DNA of 63,883 nucleotides, the filler included, from Phoronis australis (lineage: Eukaryota; Animalia; Phoronida), in NCBI GenBank assembly GCA_002633005.1. It is 6 parts of 6 records of this genome, joined end to end, with 100 filler letters (N's around TTAATTAATTAA, not from the genome) between each part and the next. Parts side by side here need not be neighbours in the genome. Positions count along the whole stretch, not along the records: positions 33,270 to 53,497 come from NMRA01001429.1; 5 more parts are not named here. One strand, given 5' to 3'. This document shows, in pieces, positions 39,001-52,463 of the stretch. Each line of letters starts with the position of its first letter. Within the stretch, counting starts at the first letter, position 1. Position numbers and translations under genes: made by a program. A model generated the notes under the pieces. The model saw nothing but the letters and a program-made list of their open reading frames with translations, did no database searches and was not told where the DNA came from.

Positions 39001-40205
39001 GATTGAGTTCTTTCCAGGTTTTTATCGTGACAATAGTGCCAGTCAAACAATGCAGCTGTTACATAAAGCTTCAGATGGCGATCCGATGATTTTCCGAGCT
39101 AAAATGGATTTATCGGCCGACAGTCGCGATCGGATTGCTGGTTCAGTCGGCCTCGGGTCGCTGTAAGAAGTCACCAGTTAGTGTACTGGCGGGAGTGTTG
39201 AAATTATTCCGACGGCCGGCCGATTTCACAATCGCAGGACTTCCGGCAAATCACCAGTCAATGTTAGTCGATATCCGCCGGCAATCATCCGATGACCTGC
39301 AGACAGCAGGCCTCCTTCAGTTGATCGGTCGACGTCAACGGCTATCGCTTGACATACTGTCGATCACCGACAAAAGTGTCGACGTCGGAGTAGCATCTAC
39401 ATCTTTTATCCCTACTTCCGATTGGACAAAAATCGCCCGAACTCAATCGGCGAGATCAGCTGAGCATCACTAGATAATTATGTGAAAAATAACGCGCGTG
39501 CCGGCAGGCAATAGTGGGTACTTTGATATCAGAAGGGCATCGGTCCATCGTCGGCTAATGACCAAAGACATCCCCTAAGAACTGCATGCCCACGCACGAT
39601 CTCGGTCAATATAAACTGGGCCTCGTGGGAGAATCGGCTGGTTGCCGGAAACAAATAACAGTGCTCGATGGGGGCGCATTGATTGTGATTTTGACGCCGT
39701 CGTCAGGCCTACGATCACTGAACGCTCGCCGATGTGACCATTTTCGCTTGCCGCAAACTCATTGCATCGCCGTCGGAAGTTTTATGTGATTGCAGCATTA
39801 GTGTTGCAATGTAAATGTTATCCATTCCAAGTGATTCACGCAGTCTTGTTTTTGTGGAGGATATTCTTGACATGGGCACAGAAATGAATAATAAATGTCT
39901 TGAACTAACGATGGAGGTAAAGAGATGCGTCTTCGGAGCCCGATGAAGCACGGTGCGACATGAGCAAAACATTGGTTATGTAGTCATTCATGTTTTATTA
40001 CTACTAACTGAGATCAAACAATGACAGTTACGTTAATTTCGAAGTTATTAATCCATAAATGTGCTTGAAGGTCTACAGAAAGTGACTGGTCTCAAAATTA
40101 TAGCACTGACACCAGCCAAAAGGATGGTACTTTCACAGCTTCGCTAATCATGGGATGCGATTAGTATCAAAACATCGTAGTTTCTTTGTCGTTGAACAGC
40201 CTTTT

Positions 40206-43200
40206 CTAAATACGAAACGAGAACATGCTACGAAAAGCCGCAATCCACAATGGTATCTGATATCTATGCAAATGGAGCCAATAAGCTAGTCCCATGATGC
40301 CAACTAAACTATGAACACCTTTGTAAAGTCCTCCGACGGACGGCGCAAGACGCTGTGTTAAACTCAGCTCGAAAGGTTTCTCTGGAATGTCCTGTAAAAT
40401 CAAATGAAATTTATTCAACAGTTGCAATCTTCCTTACTTCCTACGATGCTGACAAAAAGAAGAAGCAAAATCAAGATAGTGACTCGACTTCCCTCATAAA
40501 CGGCGCGGACGTTCTCCGTTGCGCTCTAACGGCAGTTTGGGATTAATTTTACGCGTTGGGGCCTATTTGGGGATCAAGCGCATTTTTCCTGGGGGATCCA
40601 AGATTCTTGAAACTTTTGTAGCATGTATCGTAGGAACGAGCTCGAAAAGGCAACAAGACAGGATATAGCCTCACTCATTTCACTTCATGCATGTAACCTG
40701 ACTGGTATATCGACACTTGGTGTCTTATTGTTTATAACCTGATGATATCTAATGAATAGACGAAACGTTGAATCAATATGAAATTTTTCATTTGTGCGGC
40801 GATTATCCGTTTTTTGATCACATGGCAAGAGTTTCAGTAGTTGACACAAGGCCTGATTTCTTCTCCTTTTTGGCAACTATTGTCCATTGTGTAAAAACTA
40901 TAGTGAATGACCACCACATTTTCCTCCAAAAAGCGCAATGGCTGGTCATAAAACGTATGCTGCTCCTACGAGAAAAAATGTGATTCGCGATAAGACGGGT
41001 GTTCGTAAAAAGAACTAAGTAGTGTGCGAAAACGTATAAATGCTGTTAATAAAAAACCTGTTTGTGACAGTTAATGCAAGAACAGACGTGCTGTTCGGTA
41101 GGAAACAAGACAACTGCCTTCCTTAATTTTAAGGATAAACCCTGCAAATGGTAGTTTTTATCTTTTGTTCATTGTCTTCTTTGCATGACCAGCAAAAGAA
41201 CGGATCAACAGGGTCTCTCAACTGACACCAATTCACATGGCGTCACTTTCAATGTTTTGTTTGTTTAGTGTTCATAAAACATTAAAACACAACAATTTGA
41301 CTTGCCTTAGACACTGGCTCGGTTTGGTTTATCAAGTGTTCTTCGATTTTGCCTTCTGCGAACAGGATCTGTTGACGAAAACAAATTTAAACGTTTGACA
41401 ACAGTTACAACAGAAGAGAAGCAAAACAACACAGGATATAATGTTCGTGCATCATCTGAGTTTCGAATGAAACCTGGGAGAATATTTCGAATATCTGAAT
41501 TCAAACCAGTTTCTCTATTCAATGGTTGTAATATTGATAGAAAGTGTCTCCAAAATAATTGATTTGTGACTCAAAATACACAACTTTCAGGCAAACAATC
41601 ATATTTCAATCTTAATGAATACTGCAGGTGTACCTCTCTCGCCACTCGCTCGCCGCTCTGAACAGCACCCTCCATGTAACCGGACCAATGACTGGCCGTC
41701 TCTGTACCGCCAAAATGAATGCGACCATGAGGCTTGCGAATTTCACTAGAAATAATTATTTTACATGTCAATGGCGTCGCGTCCCATTTACACTATAAAA
41801 GTTGACACGGATCAACCGAAACGAAACGAGATGATCGGGCGCAAGTATGCGTGTACACAGAACTGACACGGAGAAAATTGACACCACTTTTGTCACCCGT
41901 TTGTGAGGTAGAACAAGTTGCGCCCCATCATCATGCTCCGTGTCAACTATACGTCTAAACGAGAAACTGGGGCAAGGCGGAAGGATCATCTTTGATGCGC
42001 TTGCGCAAAAATTCACACACACATATATGTATGCAGGTGATCATTTTCGATTGCCAGTCAGCTGTTCAGCGCCTTGCCTTAACTTAAAACTCTTGGTGAC
42101 TATTTTGTCAGATAATTGTCAGAATAGTACACACAGTTAACTGCCACGACTAGGTTCAACTCAAATGCTAGGTTATGTACAGTAGGTCTACTGATAAAAG
42201 CTTTTATGAGCTGATCAAAGGAAAATTCAATGTCACGTACGTAAACTTGGGAGGGAGAGATTGGAAGCACCACAACAACAAATTAACAATAATAATGAAC
42301 AGTGAGTCACGAAATTTGCAGCTTTGCGCATGAACACGCCAGATACCTGCCACCGTCTCCGAGTTATTTGGTGCCACTTGACACTGATCATCTTGGCATG
42401 CGCCATGTCCGTGTTTGGTGTCCGCCTATTTACGGGCGGATCTAGGATTTAGAGTTGGTGGGGAAGGGTACAGTATTAGCCAGGATTTTGCCAGTCAGAC
42501 ATTCGCACACCCCAATTGCCAAATGGACTCTGGGAGAATATTAGGGGGCCATCTGCTGACTAAGTAGCGCAGAATACTGAAGTCAAATTCATTCGAAAAT
42601 GGGAAAGCGTTGTCGCCTCCTTAAAATAAATCTATGGGCCAAATTTCATGAATTTTCGTCAAGGGACTCCAAAGATACAGAGGCAAACGCAAACAACTAA
42701 AATTGCTACTAGGGTGTCCAGTGGAAGTCGGATCTGTCCGAAACTCGACGTCGTATGCCGTCGGCTTCATAGTAACACATCTGCTAAATAAGATCCTTCA
42801 AGACGTTTAGACGATACAGCTGCGGACGCCGGACGGCAATACACACACACACACACACACATGTGTGTATTGGGTGAACGCATAAAAATTATCCATACTA
42901 CCCACAATGAGAACTACAAATGCATACGATCAGTGCGGGTAGAGGTCTATGGCGACGAGCAAGACAATCATCCTGACCAATCACAGCTATACCTTCCAAA
43001 TCTCGTCATTACACCTGGCGGGTAAGCCGCTGTATAACATCCTCCCGTGAACCTCTCCTGTGTCCAGTCGTTCTCCACATATGCCGCTGGCTAGAAAATT
43101 TGTTAAAGTGTGTCAAAACTGAAAGTCAAATAGATTTTTTTTACGCTTTATTAATAGATAGTTGACTTTGAAGTTGAATACTAGTTTAAGTTGCAAGAGT

Positions 43201-46200
43201 TGTCTAATTAGTTACTGGTGCGACACTTTTTACTATTGTGTGTAACATTTTACTGCCTGTTTGACCTAAATATTATAATATTCGAGGCCAACAGTATGGG
43301 ATTACCACTAAGCACAAAAGTGGCGAAGCCGACACAAACCGCTTTGACGCATTTGCACCCTGAATAACTTCATTTAAGATTTTGTCATCTCAATGCGACC
43401 GGCAGGTTGAAATATTAGATTTGAAATGTGCAAAACGCACAGGGTATGAGATTGTCAACGATATCTGATCATAGTGACACTTTCAACGATCTTGGGTGGC
43501 AATTTTCGCCAAATTTTTAGAATATGAAGACGTTTATACCTCACAGAACCTTATTGATATGTGTTGAAATCGTACGCGACAGGTAGTGCTATTTCTCGAT
43601 CTTTGAATGTTCATTTCCACGATGTTATTTTCGACCCGGTTACCTCTGCTCTGGAGAACTACGAGGAATAAACAAACTTCCATAGAGATTTCATTAAAAT
43701 AGTAAATAAATGGTGAAAGTGGCGGTTGGTCATGATTTTTGCCAGCAATGCGTAAATATTGCAGCTTCGTTTTGATATGGAATTTTAAACTTTATGCTCA
43801 AGTCTATATCTTTAGGACCACTATGTATTTCAACCCGTGTAGTTCATTTGAATTAAAACTTTCGCATCCCTACTTCTTATCCAGGAGTCCGCCAGCAAAG
43901 TAAAAACAAGAACTACGTGAAAGGTGTCTGCAGTCAAATTTTGCGACAACGAAAGAACGATCACTTACTTCTTCTAATTCCTGTATTCCATAAATTCGTG
44001 CAAGTGATTGACACGTTCTCGTTTTTCTCTCCTCGAAGGAGAGGGGAGATAACTGCTGCACACCGTCCCCGTTAACAAATCTGTAAATGAATTAATAAAA
44101 TAGCATATCAATAGCCAAACATCATATTGGGTATTTTTTTACAAAATATAACTTTAAAAAAACATTTTTGGCATGCCTTGAGTGTTCACAGTCACGTCAT
44201 CTTGCTAGTGAAAAGTTCATCCTGAACCCTCCCACATTTTCATAAATCTTACACAATCTTGCCTATGAACACCGCCAGTGCTTACATCGTTAAGGCGGGG
44301 AACGATCCGTCTGGTTTGCTGTCGTCATCCGTCGCCTTGACAGGCTCATTCAGTTTGTCGCTGTTGGTGAACCCACTAAGACCTACAAAGAGTAACAAAG
44401 AGCGACTTGTTCTTATTTTAACTCACTGAACCATGCATGATGGACAAAACTATCAAATAACTCAGTAACGCGAAAGCATTGATCTGAGAAGATTTGGTGC
44501 AGCAAGGCTACTTACGCACAAAAACAAACCTTTCTCTTTCCAGTACGAGCGCTGGTAGACTGCAGTAGACTTAATGCACCGCCCCATCGGCACACGTCGC
44601 ATGAGCTGTTGCCTGGCCAAGCTTAACGACGGCTCGAAATGTATCGAGTTTTGAGTATTGAAAGGAACTGTCATTGCTACATGCGATGCTTCTATCACGT
44701 GACCATCTTCAGTTTCAACCAAAACAGCCGTTTCGCTCTGCTTCAGCGATTTCACAACATGACGCAGGCGTATCCTTCCTGGAATTATCAACATTTAGCT
44801 AATGCCTTTTTGCCTTGAATAAATTGCTTTGATTACAGAGATCTCGTTTGTTTTTTTCTGCCTTCTACGTTCAGATCTGAAATTATGATTGCGATCCTTG
44901 GGCTGCCACAGGGTGCGCGTAGCCGAATGCAATTCACTGTCGACTACTGGTACAACATCCAGAAATACGAAAGCTTGAACTGAAATTGTATTAGAATAAC
45001 ATTAGCTGAAAACCGCCATGTTTCGCAAGTTGAGAGCAGCGTGAGAGCGACGTGCGAACTCCCCACATATGTGACCTATCAGCTAGGTATGTTACGCTTG
45101 CCTGCACTTTTTCGAGAATTTTTGAAGGTGCATAAAGATAATAACCGAGAGGCAGTTTCGTGCCGAAAGTGGAAGCAATTCCACTATGGGGCTAAGATCT
45201 AAGGCCACACGGAATTTCGATGAGAACGGCCCGTCCGTCTCGGAGCCTTGGCAGTTAGTTACAGAATTTCCACTGGGGAATTAAGATATTGATTACACAA
45301 ATATTTGCCGAGATAAAGAGGGTAAAATCAGGTTGGATATGGACCGAGGGAGAGAAATATTGCTCTCAACAATCGGCAGTACATGGGTATACCCGCTGTA
45401 GCGGTCTCCATTTTTTTAAATATAAGACCACTGATGCTTCTTTCCATCGATTTCTTCGTCTGCTAGATTGACATGTCTCATGCTCTGATGTGCAGCAATT
45501 GTCAGGTGTGTTCCATAGGGCGAAGAAACACACAAAAACGCAAGATCACCTAAGTCTTCGCAATACATTACACGAGAAGCGCGTAATCACATTATTTTTT
45601 CTCGACTAGTTGTTTTGAGGCTACAGAACACAGTCCAAGCAAAATCAACCTCATATTAGAAATCATTGTACCGGGTTTTAGCCAATCAGAGGAAGTTTCA
45701 GTGGTCATATAAGTAATTTTGTGACACCAGTACCTCCTAACTGTTCAGCCATTTTGATGCTGATTTGTTGTGATCCGCCCACGAACTTGAATTCCTATAA
45801 ATGCACAAAACATATTATGTACCACTGAGCACAGTGTGAAGTAATTGGAACAATTATTTTTGGCAGGGGTAAAGATATTTTGAGTTAATCTAATCGAACT
45901 GGTTTTGCGTTACACATTTTCACTTAGAAGTCGACACACACCTTGGTTTGCCGATAGGAATTATAAAGCGAAAAAACACGACATTAAAATCAATTTCATT
46001 AGCAACGACATCAAAATATGAATATTTGTGCATCGGTAGAGTACATGGTTCTTCAATGAGGGTAGTGAGTTTCGATAACATAAGACCATTTATAAACTAA
46101 TAATTTAATGCCTATATTCCAGTCACTGCAGTTTAACGCTTAATTAGCATTTTATGAACAATTGTCGAAACGGTGTTCATTTTGACATACAAGATACGAT

Positions 46201-49200
46201 GTTGCCCTGTGATTTTAACCGACTTACGACTGGACTGTCTTACGTCACATAAAAACATTCGACATTCGACTGCAGTGCGACACCAAATGGTGCAATATTC
46301 CTACGCTGTCACACGAGTCGTCTACGATAAGTCATAGTTACGACGACAATCGCCTGGCTTCCACACAACTGTCGCCCGCTCGTGAAATCTCTAGTATTTT
46401 TTCATTATTTTGCACCACGCTAAGATCTCTACGAATCTCGATGGAAAAGGAGTGCTATCGCGAATAACAGACTAATACAGCGCCGATGGCTTTGGGAGTA
46501 ACCAGTCATCTCCATAGTAACTAAACACACAGACTCAGTTTGTTGTATATATTACTTTAAAGCACTACTAGAGACCTTTTGTGTATGGAAAAATCATTTT
46601 GCAAATTCCTAATGTAAATACTAAAAGGCCTGGAATAAAATCAGAAGCGACTATTTCAAGATTAAATAATAGGCATACTAAGATCTGTTAATGACCCAAT
46701 AGTGCTTTAACTATTCATTATTTCGACTGGGTTCTTAATTGTTTTCTCACCTGCCCTCCATTTTCTGTCTCCCAAATTCGATAACTTCCGCAGCAAGATT
46801 TTACATACCAAAGCATCCACAAAAGTGAAATTTCAGACGGCTCTATTGCCAGGTTTGCATGACAGAAAGAAGTCGCGAAATCTTTACAGGTCCTGAAATG
46901 TGGGAAGTAATGCGAATCACTTCATTCAGTGCAAGTTATTCGTCAGCTTCTGCATGTTTTGTGCGGTCGTTTTTTGTGCATGGCATCCAGGTCTTCATAA
47001 TGTAAATACAAATAATGAATAAAAAAGGTTTTGAGGCTATTTTGGTATGCCACTTAAAAATTAAGACATATGCAAATGAGGGGTCAAAACTATTGAGAAT
47101 GAACTCGCAACATCAAACAATGACTAATTTTCAGCCTATTTCAAGTTCTTTATTTCGTTTTACCTTGCACCGATTGTGACGTCATACTTTAAATATCAAA
47201 AGCACCAAAACCTGATTAACCAGTGCTTTGTATTTTTCGTGCTTATAATAACATTATCTGATAAAGCATGTCAACCATTGTCTTATCCACAATTCCCGGT
47301 CACTGAGGTACTTGGTTTAGCCAAGGTCACACTACGCACCACCAATCTGACATTACATCCGGGACAGAATCAACGGCCAAACAAAAACACCGAAATTTTC
47401 CCTGTTGTTGTCCGACTATTCCGTGACAGGGGCAGATTTTTGTAGAGGGTCGTCATTGGGGAAATTGCGGGAAATAAGCAAACTTCCCAGAAAGAACTCA
47501 CTATAAAAATGTAAGTCATTGAGAATATTTAAACGTTATGCTATTTCAAGAACAGATAAAAACATGAGTTATTTAGTAGTTTTCATGATTTCTTGAACAG
47601 GTGCATGTCAAGAGAACGAAGGTACGTACTGAGTCCAGAACGTTGTATCCAGCCATTTTTGAACAGTGATACTATCCCACTCCACGGCATGTGGCGCTGA
47701 CCAAGGCGCGTCGGCAGGAATCTGAAACATCCACTACTTCAAAAATTGTCCAGTGACATTTTGTTTAAGGAAATATTGGGAAAACGAAAAACTCTTGATA
47801 GAAAAGCAGAAAAGTGAATTTCGCTCAATAAGGGCAATTAACACAGTGCGGTTGTTATTTCGTAAGTTATTTTGAAAGTTAAAAATCCCAGTATTCCCTA
47901 TTACACCGACAGTGTCTGCATCATCCGGAACACATCGAGTATTTTCGTATTCATCAAAAACACAAATCCAAGTTTTCGTCCACGATCTTGAATATTCAGT
48001 TAGGAAGAATAAACAAACCAATTCATATAAGGGATGTTAAAACCAACATCTTTCGTAAGATTATTACTAGATTGTAAAAATGTTGAAATTACCTAATTCT
48101 TTACGTATTCAGGATTACCACAAACTCGTTTTTCTTCTACAGAACCTCGTATGCTCAATTTTGAAGGTTGTTGTAAAATACCGATGCTATTGGCAAAAAA
48201 TCTGGCTGGCAATTTTGAACGTTAAGCCAAATTTTCACGAGAGCCACATCTTTTGTATTGATACTGTTAGTTAGCCTTCGATACGTAATCAAATAATTTC
48301 TTTATATTATTTCAATAGCAAATAGTTATTATCACCGATAACCCCGACATCGGCTCAGAGCCCAGCGAAGCCGATTTCCGAGTGATAAAAGTTAATTTCA
48401 TGAATAATCTGAAATAATCCGTGTCCAAACAATCCACCGGCATTCACGTATTGATGGCATGGATTTATTATCAAGCACTATTTTCACCGTTTATTGAGAA
48501 ATCTGCATTTCATTGTCGAGATCCCATTCAACTCAATGTAAAAATCGGCTTGTTTGCTCAATCAAGTTCTCCACCACGCGAGTGCGCACGCGCTAGGCAC
48601 GTAAGTCCAAAAACTAGCAGTTTCCCTCAGAGGTAGAGATCATCTGCGCATGTGCAAACTTCAGTCATGGGGGCAATCATTCCAGATGACTGAAGTCTGC
48701 ACATGCGCAGATAACTCGTCGCAGATGTTTCGGATCAGTGTGTCTGCACGCTTCCGTTACGTTATACCTCAGCTCCCATGGTATCGAGAGTCTTCATGAA
48801 GTGATTCATATCCAGCCAGGCAATGAAATTCCATTTCGTAGGGAAAAACCCGTCGAACAATACAATACTTCCCTAAAAAGACAATAACGACAGAGTGCAT
48901 GGAACGCGGAATCGTTCAGTGGTACTTAAAGGCGAAGGCTACATTTTTCCATGTCATTTTGAGCTAAAATAAGGTTGGTTGGTTATCCTAGACATATTTT
49001 CCACTTAATTACAGCTTTTCGTAATTTTATAAAATACTCGTCCGCTACTCCGGAAGTGACGTTTTAGGAGGCAAGCGTTTCCCGCCACTTGGTTTTGGGT
49101 TGACTTTACCGTGCGAATCTGTTCTATTCTACTTTTGTATTGTGCTGTTTTTCAACAATTGTCGCCACCACTTTCCATCGGCGAGTATTCTGCGGCAAGA

Positions 49201-51042
49201 TAGGTTAGTAGNNNNNNNNNNNNNNNNNNNNNNNNNNNNNNNNNNNNNNNNNNNNNNNNNNNNNNNNNNNNNNNNNNNNNNNNNNNNNNNNNNNNNNNNN
49301 NNNNNNNNNNNNNNNNNNNNNNNNNNNNNNNNNNNNNNNNNNNNNNNNNNNNNNNNNNNNNNNNNNNNNNNNNNNNNNNNNNNNNNNNNNNNNNNNNNNN
49401 NNNNNNNNNNNNNNNNNNNNNNNNNNNNNNNNNNNNNNNNNNNNNNNNNNNNNNNNNNNNNNNNNNNNNNNNNNNNNNNNNNNNNNNNNNNNNNNNNNNN
49501 NNNNNNNNNNNNNNNNNNNNNNNNNNNNNNNNNNNNNNNNNNNNNNNNNNNNNNNNNNNNNNNNNNNNNNNNNNNNNNNNNNNNNNNNNNNNNNNNNNNN
49601 NNNNNNNNNNNNNNNNNNNNNNNNNNNNNNNNNNNNNNNNNNNNNNNNNNNNNNNNNNNNNNNNNNNNNNNNNNNNNNNNNNNNNNNNNNNNNNNNNNNN
49701 NNNNNNNNNNNNNNNNNNNNNNNNNNNNNNNNNNNNNNNNNNNNNNNNNNNNNNNNNNNNNNNNNNNNNNNNNNNNNNNNNNNNNNNNNNNNNNNNNNNN
49801 NNNNNNNNNNNNNNNNNNNNNNNNNNNNNNNNNNNNNNNNNNNTGCCACACACACGGTAATTCTCGACTGCTTTGTACGTTGCGTGGACGGGTAACGCTG
49901 CGCTCTTCACACGAACGAGCCAAGTACGGCGAAGTGTGTCATCCATCGGAAAGCGATGCAAAGGTACTCCCAAAGCGCGCGTGAGACGATAATTAGTACA
50001 TCCCGGTACGCAGCAACAGTGTGGCATGTTGACTGGCTAGTAAATGAAAGCAAACGACGACGGAACTTAACACAACCGAGGTAGAACAATGACTGAGTCG
50101 GCAGCTCTCACAGTCAGACTATATGAAAAGAAATTGGCGCGAAATGCTTGCCTCCTAAAACGTCACTTCCGGAGTAGCAGACGAGTAAATAACAAAATTG
50201 CGAAAAGCTGTAATTAAGTGGAAAATATGTCTAGGATAACCAACCAAGCTTATTTTAGCTCAAAATGACATGGAAAAAGGTTGCCTTCGCCTTTAATGTA
50301 CACAATTTAGTAATCCTTGCGAGTGGCACAAACAAAATATCATTTTTGAATGAGTATACCAACTACAAACATGAACTATCATTATGAATAGAACAGAAGT
50401 TTACGCTTATCATTATGCTGTAAACATACAATGTATCTAATGCCGAGTAAATAAAAGTGAGCAATGTTCTGCTTATCAAATGCATTACGCAAGATATGGA
50501 AGTGTTCCCAACCTGAACGGTAAAGACGGCTAGCCTATAGGTTGGCCACTAATTTTAAATCAACTATGACGCATTAACGGGGAGGCGGCGTGAAATTGAC
50601 CAAAACGGGGGAAGGCGGCGTGAAATTGAAATGGGTGGCGAACGAGATAAGGGCAACATGATACACCAGTGGTGATGGCAGGGACGGCGAAAAAATACTG
50701 ACAAACAGTTGAAATTGGACGGGGCAAAACTATCTTCTACAGCAGAAACAATAATCCAATCTTTCACGATTTGACCTATCAAACCTTTATCAATATACAG
50801 ACTTACATTTCGCCTATACTGCAACGCCTGTCCTTGAATGAACGTTTTGAATATATCAACTCCGTGCTCCTTCGCCACTCGTAAGATTCTGTTCTGCGTA
50901 GGGCCCACGAAAGCTCCCCCAACATCGCAATATCCAAATGACGGGTCGTGCTTGGTCAGTGTGCGTCCTCCAACTCTGTCACGTGCCTCGAGAACGATCA
51001 CCTGTAGACCTTCTTGCTTCAACAGTTTGGCACAACATAACC
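40206..51042 (-). CDS. MAO: Flavin-containing monoamine oxidase (MAO-A/B family), 12 exons, first exon absent
   Basis: Exons 50807-51042, 48768-48872, 47630-47721, 46751-46892, 45734-45794, 44530-44778, 44286-44382, 43969-44080, 42993-43090, 41634-41745, 41306-41368 and 40206-40391 splice in one frame (1553 nt). Motifs [49 protein letters not shown] and a C-terminal hydrophobic anchor. Confidence 0.95.
42842..42861. repeat. (CA)n microsatellite
   Basis: About 10 CA units. Confidence 0.9.
48639..48713. repeat. Compact hairpin (MITE-like) in a MAO intron
   Basis: atctgcgcatgtgcaaacttcagtcat ... atgactgaagtctgcacatgcgcagat; similar termini at about 2345-2362 and 62637. Confidence 0.8.
48930..50292 (-). 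mobile_element. Kolobok-like DNA transposon (gapped) with THAP ORF, in a MAO intron
   Basis: TTAA TSD on both sides, termini AGGCGAAGGC / GCCTTCGCCT, about 155-bp TIRs, THAP start [14 protein letters not shown]...W at 50027. Confidence 0.85.
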
Positions 51043-51208
51043 CTGGAAACGCGTTTTGGAGGATAAAAACGTACTCGGTATTCACGTACACTCACACAAC
51101 TATGCGTTCAATTTTCCAACATTTTGAAAGGTGTTGTTCGTTAATATACATATCTGTAGTTCTGCTGAAAAGTATACAGCGGTGTTTTCAGCCGAAATAT
51201 TGTGCACN

Positions 51209-52463
51209 TTCACCTAATTACAGCTTTTCGTAATTTGATTAATTTCTCGTCCTCTACTCCGGAAGTGACGTTTTGGGAGGCAAGAGTTTCGCGCCAATTT
51301 ATTTTCATTGTAGTCTGACTGTGAGGGCTGTCGAGTCAGTCATTGTTCTACCTCGGTTGTGATAAGTTCGGTCGCCGTTTGCTTTTCTTTACAAGTCAGT
51401 CAACATGTCACGCTGTTGCTGCGTGCCGGGATGTACTCATTATCGTCTCACACGTGCTTTGGGTACCTTACGTCGCTTTCCGAAGGATGACACACTTCGC
51501 CGTACTTGGCTAGCTCGTTCATGTGAAGAACGCAGCGCTACCCGTCCACGCAACGTACAAAGCATTGGACGGTTACCGAGTGTTTGGCAAGATTACGACA
51601 GAGATATGTACGCTGAATTGATGAACGTCCCTGCGAAACAACGCCTGAAGAAGGGTACCATACCGTCGCTGCTGATTCCCGGCAGTGCCCCGTCGCCAAC
51701 CCCGACCCCGAGAAGTGCGTTTTTGAAGCGAGAAGCCTCGCGAGCTGTGGCCACTAGATACAGTGACTGGAGGCACTTCATCTACTTTCACCCGTGCCTC
51801 CGAACGTACCCCATTGCGTGCAATTCCGGGAACTAGCAGTGATTCGCCCTGTGCTGTTGTCTCTAACCCAGAGCCTGTAAGCAGCCCTGCAGCGAAGTTG
51901 ATTAGTGGGAGTCAATACAGGCCCAGTTCGACACCCAGTGAAGGGAACAGTTCGTCATCCAATGAACAGATCGGTGAGCCTATAAGTTTGATAAGTTTAA
52001 TGTGGACTTGTGTTGGAGCTATTTAGAAGGTGCCAGGTGTGTGGCGAGGGAGTCACACGGCGGGATCTAAGCAGTTTGGGTGCTCAGATCACCCTCCAGT
52101 GGGAGTGTGTCGCAGGACACTTGGGCAAGTGGGACAGTTCTTCCTCTGTAGTTGAGACGATAATGAGTACACCCTAGTTCGCAGTAACAGCGTGGCATGT
52201 TGACTGACTCGTAAGCAAAAGCAAACGACGACCGAACTTATCACAACAGAGGTAGAACAATGACTGACTCGACTGCTCTCACAGTCGGACTATATGAAAA
52301 GAAATTGGCGCGAAATTCTTGCCTCCCAAAACGTCACTTCCGAAGTAGACGACGAGTAATGTATTAAATTACGAAAAGCAATAAATAAGTGAAAAATATG
52401 TTTGAGATAATCAACGAACCTTATTTTTGCAAAAAATGACATGAAAAAAGGTTGCCTTCGCCT
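51209..52463 (+). mobile_element. Kolobok-like element of the same family with transposase remnant and two facing left ends
   Basis: THAP ORF 51405-51836 (CCVPGC..RFP..W..LKKGTIPSL); remnant LELFRRCQVC...WECVAGHLGKWDS at 52013-52152; inverted left end 52154-52463 ending gccttcgcct|ttaa. Confidence 0.85.

Noticed and set aside
49100-49984. Long ORFs spanning N runs (also 37636-38079)
   Set aside because: Length is due to the gap; only the THAP start at 50027 is meaningful.
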